This document shows, piece after piece, positions 19,110 to 28,278 of a stretch of DNA of 64,000 nt. Both the position numbers and the translations under genes were made by a program. The stretch comes from an uncultured archaeon (lineage in GTDB: Archaea > Thermoplasmatota > Penumbrarchaeia > JASLWR01): positions 77,009 to 141,008 of the forward strand of contig CAYSHM010000002.1 in assembly GCA_964430885.1 (NCBI GenBank), read 5' to 3'. How positions within the stretch are numbered: position 1 is the stretch's first letter; each line of letters begins with the position of its first letter. The notes under the pieces are model-generated. The model searched no databases. It was not told the origin of the DNA and saw nothing but the letters and a program-made list of their open reading frames with translations.

Positions 19110-19499
19110 TTAGTCTTCCCCCCTTCTGCTCAGGATCATTTCTTGAGATATGTCTAAAATATCATCCACTGTGATCTCATTTGGATTGATTCTCGCCTTG
19201 GTTACGAACTCAATTATCAAATCAATACCGCCTGCGCAGTATTGGCTGTATACAATGTTTGCTTCTCTTATGTTATCGGCTTCATCCATATGATGAAAAA
19301 GAAGGAAGAATACGCTTCTATTATCAACATCCCTGAAGCTAATGAAATCCTGATCTAGGTCCTCTACTTCGACAAATGAGGAGTTCAGCAATCCCAAGAC
19401 TGCTGTGGAGCGTATTATTGCTGTTTGATGAAATTGAGTACCGCACAGTGCGAGTGATCCTAGGAAATCAATGTGCCTTTTCGCCAACCTAATTTTCAA
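19110..19499 (-). CDS. Hypothetical protein resembling Dnd-associated protein 4 / DndE-like ribbon-helix-helix proteins
   Basis: N-terminal IRLAK strand-helix, TAVLG, and C-terminal YSQYCAGGIDLI (compare FEEYANGGLE.L in Dnd-associated proteins); directly downstream of a DndD-like ATPase. Confidence 0.5.
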   Translation of the reverse strand: MKIRLAKRHIDFLGSLALCGTQFHQTAIIRSTAVLGLLNSSFVEVEDLDQDFISFRDVDNRSVFFLLFHHMDEADNIREANIVYSQYCAGGIDLIIEFVTKARINPNEITVDDILDISQEMILSRRGED

Positions 19500-19524
19500 T
19501 TCAACTCACCACCGGTTTTTTGAA

Positions 19525-21810
19525 TCATATGACCCATTGTATCTCACCATCGTCCGATGAACCGTTCGGATCGACTTTATTTCCTCTTTTATCTTCATTA
19601 TCATTAATCCTTCCATCATCAGTACCATAGGATTCATCAATTATCTCGAAACTTCCCTCATTCTCTGTTTTTCCGGTTTTTTTCTTCCTATTTAAATCTC
19701 CGCCTTTAGAGCGCTGTTCACCTCTTGATTTGTAATTTTGATTCTCAACAGATTTATTACTATTCCTCAATTTTTTTACCTTCTTACGAATTCTCTTGGT
19801 TTTGGGTATCAATCGGGAACTTTTAATGCTTTCCTGAAAATCTATCTCATATAGGCCGTGAGAATTCTTTAGAATTGTAGTTCTGATGTTTTCTATATCA
19901 TCCTCAGTTGTCAAGATCACCTGTTGACCGGGAAGTTTGGCAAGGGTGTTAATCATTGATTTCTTGTTTAATCGGTCAAGATGAATAAATGGTGAATCGT
20001 AGATGATGGTCGTGTTCCCCCTTAATCTATTCAGTGACCAAATGAGTGCCATGAATACCAGAACCTTTTCGCCATCTGAGAATTCACTAGGATAGACCAA
20101 TAAATTATCCGGTGATTCAACTTTGATTGCCAAGGATTGATCCCCTTTTCTCATGATAACCTTTTCTATAATCCCCTTTTTTGAAAAAATACCCGATAAT
20201 ATCCTGTTCAGACCGGATTCGATATTTTCCCGGTTCTCATTTCTGACATCGAGAATGCTTTCAGAAATGGCCTTTTTGATCTTCCTAGCCATTTTGATCT
20301 TCCTGAGATGCCGATCGGTAGAGGCCCTTGTTGATCGGCTCAGTTTCTCGAACTCGGCGTATGTTTCTTCGATCTCTTCACCAATGCTAGATATTACCTC
20401 TTCCATACCATGGAGTTCCATCTTGACCTTATGCATTCTGCGTCTCTCTATGGATATGTCGTTCAGAAGGCTTTGATATCTGTTCTTGGTCTCATCATCC
20501 TCAGCAAACTTCAATAGGGTTGGGTATCTGATAACAAGTTCCTCAAGCGATGTTTGCAGCTTGTTTAGTTTGGCAATCTTGATCTGTCTGTTGTCCATGG
20601 CCTTTTCAATATCTGCGATATATCGGTTTAGGATAAGGGTCAGGTCTGATATCTCCTGCAGGTTGATCTCTGGAGGAAGTTTCATCCTTTTGAATTCCCG
20701 CTCATTTTCAAATATCTCCGTCTGAAGTTCAGTTTTCAGCTCCTCCATTCCATGCATAACATCCGGAGTTTGTTTTATTCTGTTGTTGCATACTGAGCAT
20801 CGTCCTGAACTAATGCCAGGTTCAAAAAACGAGGTTATGAGTTCCTGCTGAGCTTCTAATTTTCCTGTATTTCTTCTTAGCTCATTGCATTCTTTTTCCT
20901 TTTTCTTGGCCCAGGTCAGTGCAGCATCAATATTGCTCTTGATAAGAAAATAGGGTTCCATTTCATACCTTTCAGTCAAGATGAAATTACTTTTAGATAT
21001 CTCCTTTTTCAACTTGTAAATTCTCTTCTGGAGACGTTCCTGTATGCCAAGCATTTTTTGCAGTCCCTTTACTTTTTTGGTTGTTCTCATAAGGGACCTT
21101 ATACAGTCTTTCTGATGGTCCAATGAATCCCTCAACTGCCTTCTTCTGATCTTTAGTTTATTTTTCTTTACCTTAAGAAGGTAAATTCTTTTCTTCAAAT
21201 GGGATAGATCTCTAGAGCTTGAATTCTTGGTCAGGAACTCGATGTTCTTCTTGTTGTATTCACTTATGTTCATCTTTGCATTATGCAGTATGTCCAAACC
21301 AAGAAAGGTATCTATTGCCTTTTTAGAAATCACGCCGTTATCGTCATCCATATGGGTTCTGAAGTTGGGAAACAGATATTTTGCAGTCTCCAGATTAATG
21401 ACCTTCTCAAGAGCTTCCAATAATTCTGAATAGGGCCTTTCCTTTCCCTGTGTGGTTACCGTGACCTTCATATTATTGGATGGATATATGCTCCGCTTGA
21501 AAGTGAACACTTCCCTTCCGATTTTCAATTTCAATCCTATGAAACATTTCTTCTTGCCAGTTTCATGGGCGTGTCGGTTGATAAGACTCTTATAGTCCGG
21601 TTCTTGTAAAGACCTTCTTCTGTCAACACCGAAAAGAGCAAAAAATATCCCGTCCACAATTACACTCTTTCCCGATCCATTTCTGCCGATTATAACTGTC
21701 AGAGAGGATGATTTGTTTCCTGCATTTTCACACTCCCTTGCAGGAATTCTGATAATATGCTTTCCATAATAGACCCTGTAATTATAGAGCTGGATCTCCC
21801 TAATTTCCAT
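19525..21810 (-). CDS. SMC/Rad50-superfamily ABC ATPase, DndD-like
   Basis: Walker A GRNGSGKS, long coiled coil with central CSVC hook, signature FSDGEK, Walker B/D-loop IIYDSPFIHLD, QQVILTTEDD; charged disordered C-terminal tail. Confidence 0.88.
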   Translation of the reverse strand: MEIREIQLYNYRVYYGKHIIRIPARECENAGNKSSSLTVIIGRNGSGKSVIVDGIFFALFGVDRRRSLQEPDYKSLINRHAHETGKKKCFIGLKLKIGREVFTFKRSIYPSNNMKVTVTTQGKERPYSELLEALEKVINLETAKYLFPNFRTHMDDDNGVISKKAIDTFLGLDILHNAKMNISEYNKKNIEFLTKNSSSRDLSHLKKRIYLLKVKKNKLKIRRRQLRDSLDHQKDCIRSLMRTTKKVKGLQKMLGIQERLQKRIYKLKKEISKSNFILTERYEMEPYFLIKSNIDAALTWAKKKEKECNELRRNTGKLEAQQELITSFFEPGISSGRCSVCNNRIKQTPDVMHGMEELKTELQTEIFENEREFKRMKLPPEINLQEISDLTLILNRYIADIEKAMDNRQIKIAKLNKLQTSLEELVIRYPTLLKFAEDDETKNRYQSLLNDISIERRRMHKVKMELHGMEEVISSIGEEIEETYAEFEKLSRSTRASTDRHLRKIKMARKIKKAISESILDVRNENRENIESGLNRILSGIFSKKGIIEKVIMRKGDQSLAIKVESPDNLLVYPSEFSDGEKVLVFMALIWSLNRLRGNTTIIYDSPFIHLDRLNKKSMINTLAKLPGQQVILTTEDDIENIRTTILKNSHGLYEIDFQESIKSSRLIPKTKRIRKKVKKLRNSNKSVENQNYKSRGEQRSKGGDLNRKKKTGKTENEGSFEIIDESYGTDDGRINDNEDKRGNKVDPNGSSDDGEIQWVI

Positions 21811-22038
21811 TTAAAGCCCCTCCTCCTCTTCATCATCGGCCACATCTATCTCTTTTGACGAGAACAGGGCCCTCTCTACCAACCTCTCCATCCTACGAAA
21901 GTCATACTGGTTACTCTCTCCGATTGTAACAATATTATCTGCCAGGTCCGGAGCCACATCCAGAAGCACTAGATGGGTTTCCAGTATCTCTTTGATCTTA
22001 TTATAGGTTCCAGTAGGTATGCAGTTAATCTTTTTCAA
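21811..22038 (-). CDS. Small helical protein translationally coupled to the SMC-like ATPase
   Basis: 75 aa; its stop abuts the ATG of the ATPase; acidic C-terminus; the GGAGG RBS for the ATPase lies in its last codons. Confidence 0.65.
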   Translation of the reverse strand: MKKINCIPTGTYNKIKEILETHLVLLDVAPDLADNIVTIGESNQYDFRRMERLVERALFSSKEIDVADDEEEEGL

Positions 22039-22070
22039 TTTGTGTCCATCCTATCGGTGTGTTTATCCTT

Positions 22071-22478
22071 TTAAGAAATATTCGTTATCTTTCCCTTCAG
22101 TTTCTTAATGGTACCTGAGCATTTAACGGTCTTCAGACTAATTTTCGTTTCTGTTCTATTATTGAATCTCCACATTTCATTCATTACTGAATTGAAGAAA
22201 TCCCGGTGTTTTTGTTCATGCTTATGCTCAGACTTGAATATTGCCTTATTTCCATCCAACAGTATTAACCATGGCGCGTTAATTTTTTCATCAACATTGT
22301 TTTTTCTGATATATCTGCCGAACAGAACATTGATCAAGTGTATTATTTCACCTCTTTCAAAAGAAGTTGGATTATTCATACCTTTTTGTTCCTTTTTTTC
22401 ATTGATTTCCATATTTATTTCCATTTCTACTAGCAAATACCTTTTCCTGCCAATTATATCCTTGACCGCCATGAACAA
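22071..22478 (-). CDS. rnp2: Ribonuclease P protein component 2 (Pop5/Rpp14)
   Basis: GRKRYLLVE at the N-terminus, PWLI, and KTVKCSGTIKKLK at the C-terminus. Confidence 0.85.
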   Translation of the reverse strand: MFMAVKDIIGRKRYLLVEMEINMEINEKKEQKGMNNPTSFERGEIIHLINVLFGRYIRKNNVDEKINAPWLILLDGNKAIFKSEHKHEQKHRDFFNSVMNEMWRFNNRTETKISLKTVKCSGTIKKLKGKITNIS

Positions 22479-22791
22479 GTAGATTGGTTGTAAGATATTA
22501 AAATCCTTCTTGTAGAATTAAGTTGTATTTATAACCGGGCGGGGATGAAAATATAAATTTATACTTGGGATATAAATAAAAAACTATATATTCTTGATTT
22601 GATTTATTGCCCTTGAGCTTTGAGGAGATACAAAGGGCCCCACCACCCGAATTCTAGCTTTCCTTGATGAGAACAGTGTGCGGTTTGTACACAGTATTCT
22701 ATCTAGATTTTTAAAAAATTTCATCATCATTATTTTTTCCATTTTAGGTTTATTGTAATGTATTTCAGAAGGATCATCAGTGGGGGTGAAA

Positions 22792-23151
22792 AGGTGGTTC
22801 TGTCCGGTTTATAAGCCTCCTTCTGTTTCAGATAAATCGTCGCCGATATACCCTAGATGACATTCAACTAAGCGTCCTACCTTTTGGTCAACGGGAGGTT
22901 CATACCAATACGTTTGGACTTGCTCCAGGGAGGATTGGCCGTTTCATCAAATCCTGTTTCGTAGTCAGAGCCTAACTCATCATTCCATTACGGTCGAACC
23001 GCGTGAAACAGGCTGTGTCGTTTCTGATCCATTGCCTGCCTTCTCAGACATCCGGATTGCCCCGGATCCCTTTACCCGTAGGAGGGAGGACTTTCCTCAG
23101 CAAACCCTAAAAAGGGAGCACCGTCGGTCATCCATCCGCTCAGAACCACCT
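22792..23151 (-). ncRNA. rnpB: RNase P RNA (archaeal)
   Basis: Minus strand: terminal P1 helix AGGUGGUUCUG/CAGAACCACCU, CR-I GAGGAAAGUCC, CAGAAACG, GAUGAAACGG, GAGCAAG, CR-V AACAGAAGGAGGCUUAU, and a K-turn (AUGAUGA...CUGA) in the P12 region. Confidence 0.96.
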
Positions 23152-23363
23152 GTATCCATGAATAATTTTTTAGCCATATTAACCTTTTTTCGACTTTCTA
23201 ATTATTATTCAAAAGTAGAATATTGCCCTGATTCTTTGAATGTGTGGGGAACACTTATATAGTACTTGTGCGCTCAAACGTGGTGGCATAGAGATTAGTA
23301 GAGTAATTACTGCTACTAACAATAGTAAATAAGAAAAGTAAATTGAATAAATGAGGTGAAAAA

Positions 23364-26300
23364 ATGAAAACACAAATGAAGAAAATGACGGCATTATTGC
23401 TGGCAGCGTTCATGTTGTTGAGCGTTATTCCTTTGTTGTCCACAAGCGGCGCAGAGGATGCAGCGGATGCTCGTGAAGGAGAGGTTGAGTTTGTGTCTGC
23501 AATGATAGACGGGAACTGGACCTACAATGATGATATGGATACAATATTCTCACCCGGTAATTGGCTAGTGGAGGTTGAATTCAACTTGACTATGGCTTTG
23601 ACCGGTGTAGAGATATATATCAATGTCACCGATAACACCACTGCCGATGAAGCTTACTATCATGAAGCTTTGGGTGACCTTGGTATGGGTATGAATGGAA
23701 CAGATAGTGATATGTTCGACTTCACCAATGAAACTCATTGGTATACGATCAATGTCACAATCTTGAGCGACACAACCTGGGATTTCAAGGAGTACTATTA
23801 CTATATCGAAGAGATATATGATGTATTCATGTTCACACACACTATCCTTGAGGAACCCGCACTTACTGGCGAGTATGCATTGGATGTAATCAATTTCATG
23901 CCTGTACTCTTCAATACCGGTAACATGGGTCTCACAGCGATTACTACCGTCAACATGACCGTTGTGAACGCTACCAGAGATGTTGTTCATGAGACTGGCG
24001 GAGTTGTTGCTCCCATGGACTACGAAATGATGGGATTCACACAGCTCACCTGGACACCTACTGTGGAGGGTTATTATGAGGTTAACTTCACATATAACTG
24101 TTCCGAAGTTGATGGCAATGCTGTCTACTTATACATGAACAATAATGTGTCTGTTATGGTTGAGAATGTTACTTCCTACGACCTTTCCTTGGAACTTCCA
24201 ATGAATGAGATCGGCGAGGGAGAAGCAATCAACGCCAATATCACCATCAACAATACTGGTAACGTTGCTCATGATTTCGTTTATACAATCAACGTTACAA
24301 GCGGAACCACCTACGACATGGGTCAGCAGTTGAGCACAGGCGAACTAGCCCCCGGTGCCGAACATACTCATTTCTACAGCAATGTGATGAGCGCAGCTGG
24401 TATGTATGATATCACTGTGACCATGCAGCTGGACGGCGGGCAGGCCACATTACCCTTCGAGGTATTAATCGTCAATGTAGACCCCGAGGTAGAGGATGAG
24501 ACTGTCTTGGCTCAAAATATTTATGAGGGTGATGAGGTGACCTTTGTTGCCAACTACACCGATGATAACGGCGACCTGGGATATGTCACACTATTCATTG
24601 ATGCTGTCTGGAATGAGACTTCTGAGCAGTTCGAGAACGGAACCGGATATGCTATGGTGATCCTGAATGCCACAGATGCCAACTACACAGCCGGAGAGCT
24701 TTATGACTACACCTGGACCGCTGTAGAGGGTGAATATAACTATTCACTTTATGCAGAGGACGGAAATGGTGGTATTTATTACACCGAAGAGGCTGTAGAA
24801 TTCACAGTCGGTGCTGAGCAGTTCGCTCCTGAACTGGACGATCTCACCGATGACATCGAGGCCTATGCAGACGAGAATGTTACATTCGTTGTCAACTACA
24901 TGGACGAGAATGGAGATGTTGGAGACCTGTGGATCAAGATCGACGAGCTCATGCTCAACGACACGGATGATAACTCATCCAATTGGACCACCTCCTGGGA
25001 AGAGGGCGAGTGGATGGAAATGACAAACGCTACCGATAACTGGACCGGCGGAGTCAACTTCACCTATGAGGCTTCTTTCGAGAATGCAACCTACAGATAC
25101 TGCTTCAAGGCTATCGATCCAATCCTTGGCGCCTTCATGACCGACGCTGTCGAGTTCACCATCATGGCTGCACTGCCCACCGAGGGTATTGTATCCGGTA
25201 TGGTAACCACCGGCGAAGGCAATGACACAGTATACCACGATGCTGATATCGTTATATACATGGAATGGGTGGAAGAGGTTACCGAGGAGTTCAACGGAAC
25301 CAATGTCACAACAAATGTGACCCATGTGATGTACTACAACACCACAGCTGTGAACGGTTCCTACGAGAAGATACTTCCATTCGGCACATACACAATATAT
25401 GTGACCGGTGTTGCTGGCTATCTTGATGCCGACGAAGAGGAATTCACCCTTGACGCCGACAACCTCAACGAGACCATTGACTTCGAGCTTGAAATTGAGA
25501 TCATAGTCTATACCATCGTTGTTGGTCCTTTCGAGGATGCAGATGGAAACGCAGTAGTCGGTGCTACAGTATCTTTCTCAGTAGCAGATACCAGAGCGGA
25601 TTACACAGCAGATACCAACGGAACAGGTTATGCCCACTTTGAGGACATGCCTTTCGATGCTATCCCATCCGGCACAAACATGACCATCACAAAGGGCGCC
25701 GACACCTATACATGGGCTTTCGGAGCAGATCTTCCTGAATTCCCAGGCGAACCCACGACCCACGATGTAACAGTCGGACCCATAGAAGATGCAGATGGGA
25801 ACCCCGTTGCCAACGCATCTGTCAAGGTCGTCATCGGAAACGATACTTACACAGTTATCACCGATGCAGATGGGAATGCAGTATTCAAGCTTCCTCTAGG
25901 CGTTGACATACCCGCCGGTGCGGACTTCACTGCAACCAAGGGCGATGAAACCATCACTTGGAAGCAGGGCGAATCCATACCTGGTTTCGAAGGCGAAACA
26001 GATGATGACGATGACGAAGAGAGCAACCTTTGGGTGATCATACTTGTCATAGTCATTGTGATCATCGTGATCATCGTGATCGTTGTGCTGGTCACCAAGA
26101 AGAAGCCCGAAGAGAAGTCCCTTGAGGACATCGAGGACGAGGAGATGGAAGAAGGACTCGGCGACGATTACGACGAGGACTTCGAGGATGTGGAAGAAGA
26201 TTCCGATGTCGAGGATTTCGAGGATTTCGAGCCAGAGCCCACCGATGATGAGATGGAGGGCGTCGATGACATGGCCGATGAAATGGAAGACTTCGATGAT

Positions 26301-26375
26301 GGAGAGGACTTCGAAGATGAGGACTTCGGGGACTACGAGGACGATTTCGACGATGATTTCGACGATGACATCTAA
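23364..26375 (+). CDS. Acidic cell-surface (S-layer-like) glycoprotein with CARDB/Ig-like domains, C-terminal TM and very acidic tail
   Basis: Signal peptide, many N-x-S/T sequons, internal domain duplications (VTFVANYTDDNGD/VTFVVNYMDENGD; VGPFEDADGN/VGPIEDADGN), TM helix, D/E-rich tail, strong C-ending codon bias, GAGGTGA RBS. Confidence 0.8.
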   Translation: MKTQMKKMTALLLAAFMLLSVIPLLSTSGAEDAADAREGEVEFVSAMIDGNWTYNDDMDTIFSPGNWLVEVEFNLTMALTGVEIYINVTDNTTADEAYYHEALGDLGMGMNGTDSDMFDFTNETHWYTINVTILSDTTWDFKEYYYYIEEIYDVFMFTHTILEEPALTGEYALDVINFMPVLFNTGNMGLTAITTVNMTVVNATRDVVHETGGVVAPMDYEMMGFTQLTWTPTVEGYYEVNFTYNCSEVDGNAVYLYMNNNVSVMVENVTSYDLSLELPMNEIGEGEAINANITINNTGNVAHDFVYTINVTSGTTYDMGQQLSTGELAPGAEHTHFYSNVMSAAGMYDITVTMQLDGGQATLPFEVLIVNVDPEVEDETVLAQNIYEGDEVTFVANYTDDNGDLGYVTLFIDAVWNETSEQFENGTGYAMVILNATDANYTAGELYDYTWTAVEGEYNYSLYAEDGNGGIYYTEEAVEFTVGAEQFAPELDDLTDDIEAYADENVTFVVNYMDENGDVGDLWIKIDELMLNDTDDNSSNWTTSWEEGEWMEMTNATDNWTGGVNFTYEASFENATYRYCFKAIDPILGAFMTDAVEFTIMAALPTEGIVSGMVTTGEGNDTVYHDADIVIYMEWVEEVTEEFNGTNVTTNVTHVMYYNTTAVNGSYEKILPFGTYTIYVTGVAGYLDADEEEFTLDADNLNETIDFELEIEIIVYTIVVGPFEDADGNAVVGATVSFSVADTRADYTADTNGTGYAHFEDMPFDAIPSGTNMTITKGADTYTWAFGADLPEFPGEPTTHDVTVGPIEDADGNPVANASVKVVIGNDTYTVITDADGNAVFKLPLGVDIPAGADFTATKGDETITWKQGESIPGFEGETDDDDDEESNLWVIILVIVIVIIVIIVIVVLVTKKKPEEKSLEDIEDEEMEEGLGDDYDEDFEDVEEDSDVEDFEDFEPEPTDDEMEGVDDMADEMEDFDDGEDFEDEDFGDYEDDFDDDFDDDI

Positions 26376-26389
26376 GTAGACCCAGTAAT

Positions 26390-26423
26390 GGGGCCGGTTT
26401 TTACGGCCCCTCTTTTTTTTTTT
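26390..26423 (+). terminator. Intrinsic-type terminator after the surface protein gene
   Basis: GGGGCCG-loop-CGGCCCC followed by a long T-tract. Confidence 0.85.
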
Positions 26424-26582
26424 ATTTTTCTTTATTCCCCTGTGCGCTTTATGTACCCGGGCTTTTTCAACTGCAAAACCATATATATAAGAATTTTATT
26501 GGAGTCTTTGAACGCCGATAGGGTTTTTAAATTTATCAATATTGATTTTTATTGTTTTTCGATCTTCGTAATAAGGTGTGAT

Positions 26583-28232
26583 ATGATGACTGGTCTTGAC
26601 AGTGATACCCGATCATTGATATTGGAGAGTCTGATGGATTTTGCCGAGAGAGAGATGTCTGAGGATTTTCTTCTGGAAATCGATGCTGGCGGGGAGTTTC
26701 CCAAGGATCTTCTCAAAAGGATCTACGACCCGCAGGTTCTGGGTCTTCATTTGGTCCTTATCCCTGAAGAGTATGGAGGTTTCGGAGGCTCCACCTATGA
26801 TATTTACCGATTGTGTGAAAGGCTTGCCAGGATCGATCTTGGTATAGCAACTGCTATCTTCGCTACCTTTCTTGGAAGTGATCCAATAAGGGTCGGGGGT
26901 ACCCAGGAACAGAAGGAAAAATGGCTGAGTATGATAGCCGAGGAGGGTCTGCTAGTTGCCTACGGGGCCACTGAACCTGATGCCGGAAGCGACCTTGGTG
27001 CGGTAAATACAAAAGCCGAACCAGTGTTGGAGAATGGGGAAATAAAGGGCTATAAGCTTACTGGGACCAAACAATGGATTTCCAATGGCGGATTTGCCGA
27101 CCTGTACCTCATACTTGCCAAGGCTCCCGGCGGGTTCAGCTGGTTCATAATGGAATCGGGTGCTGAAGGTTTGGAAACCGGGGAACCTGAGGATAAGCAT
27201 GGAATAAGGGCTGCCAATACCGCGGCATTCAGCATGAACGAGGTATTTGTTCCTCTGGATCATCTGGTTGGTCTTAAGGAAGGCACCGGTCTATTGGAGG
27301 CCCAATCTGTTTTCGGTTATACCCGCCTCATGGTGGCCGCATTCGGACTAGGAGCCGGAGTGGAGTGTCTTGAACGATCGGTCAGGTACAGTCAGGAGCG
27401 TATTCAAAAGGGCTCTCCTCTGTCAGAAAAACTGGGTTATACCCATAAATTATTGGTACCTCATGCGGTCCGATTGGAGGCCAGCAGAGCTTATATCGAG
27501 GAAATAGCTAGCCGTTTAGATGGCGGAGAGGTGGGTCTTCAGACCGAAGGGGCCATTGCAAAATATATTGCCACTGAGAGCGGAAATGATATGGCCGAGG
27601 CGGCTATCCAAGCCCTCGGGGGTTACGGATATACAAGGGAGTACATGGTGGAGAAGATCAAAAGGGATGTAAGGATAACAATGATCTATGAAGGCACCAA
27701 TGAGATCATGGAGATGACAATATCAAGGGATAGGTGGCAGGAGCACCTGAAGAGCAGAGCCCGGTACTATCTGGACCTTGCAGATGATTATGATAAACTG
27801 CACTCGAAGCATAGTGATGTGGGTGCAGATCTTGCTGCACTTTCCTTGAGGGCCCTTCACAATGTCATTGAGAGCTGCAGGCTTCAGAGACTTACAAGAA
27901 ATCAGCACGTGTTCTTTGAGCTGGGTAGGATGATTTCTGAGGCGGAGGTGGGAATGGTCTTTACCAAAAGATGCACTCTGGATGATCTTGGAGAATCCGT
28001 GATCTATGATAAAGATACCTGGAAAGCCATGTCTAGGATCTATAACCGGGATGCGGCACTCAAGGTAATTTTAGGCGGCATCCAGCTTGTTATGGCCGCA
28101 GGTAAGGCTGATGCACCTGAAATGGCGAGGACCCTTGGGATTGAACAAGCGTTATCACTGCAATCCGGCTTGATGGATGATATGGAACTGGTAAAAAATG
28201 CATTGATGGATAAATATAAGGTTAAGAAATAG
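26583..28232 (+). CDS. Acyl-CoA dehydrogenase with C-terminal extension
   Basis: IPEEYGG, ATEPDAGSD, GTKQWISNG, EDKHGIRA, AIQALGGYGY, IYEGTNEI. Start moved from 26388 to the ATG at 26583, which follows an AAGGTG RBS. Confidence 0.93.
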   Translation: MMTGLDSDTRSLILESLMDFAEREMSEDFLLEIDAGGEFPKDLLKRIYDPQVLGLHLVLIPEEYGGFGGSTYDIYRLCERLARIDLGIATAIFATFLGSDPIRVGGTQEQKEKWLSMIAEEGLLVAYGATEPDAGSDLGAVNTKAEPVLENGEIKGYKLTGTKQWISNGGFADLYLILAKAPGGFSWFIMESGAEGLETGEPEDKHGIRAANTAAFSMNEVFVPLDHLVGLKEGTGLLEAQSVFGYTRLMVAAFGLGAGVECLERSVRYSQERIQKGSPLSEKLGYTHKLLVPHAVRLEASRAYIEEIASRLDGGEVGLQTEGAIAKYIATESGNDMAEAAIQALGGYGYTREYMVEKIKRDVRITMIYEGTNEIMEMTISRDRWQEHLKSRARYYLDLADDYDKLHSKHSDVGADLAALSLRALHNVIESCRLQRLTRNQHVFFELGRMISEAEVGMVFTKRCTLDDLGESVIYDKDTWKAMSRIYNRDAALKVILGGIQLVMAAGKADAPEMARTLGIEQALSLQSGLMDDMELVKNALMDKYKVKK

Positions 28233-28278
28233 ATCAAGCAATATATTTTTAATGATGTAAACAACAATGCCTGACCTC

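Noticed and set aside
19525-21810. Canonical Rad50 or condensin SMC
   Set aside because: No adjacent mre11/nurA or scpAB, no hinge domain, and the C-terminal motifs are DndD-like rather than LSGGE/DEPT.
22765-22781. C/D-box-like UGAUGA-uccuu-CUGA just 3' of rnpB on the minus strand
   Set aside because: No flanking stem and no room for guide sequences; probably chance, although L7Ae binding cannot be excluded.
26388-26582. N-terminal 65 aa of the 614-aa ORF
   Set aside because: Overlaps the terminator and an AT-rich promoter; the RBS and homology start at 26583.
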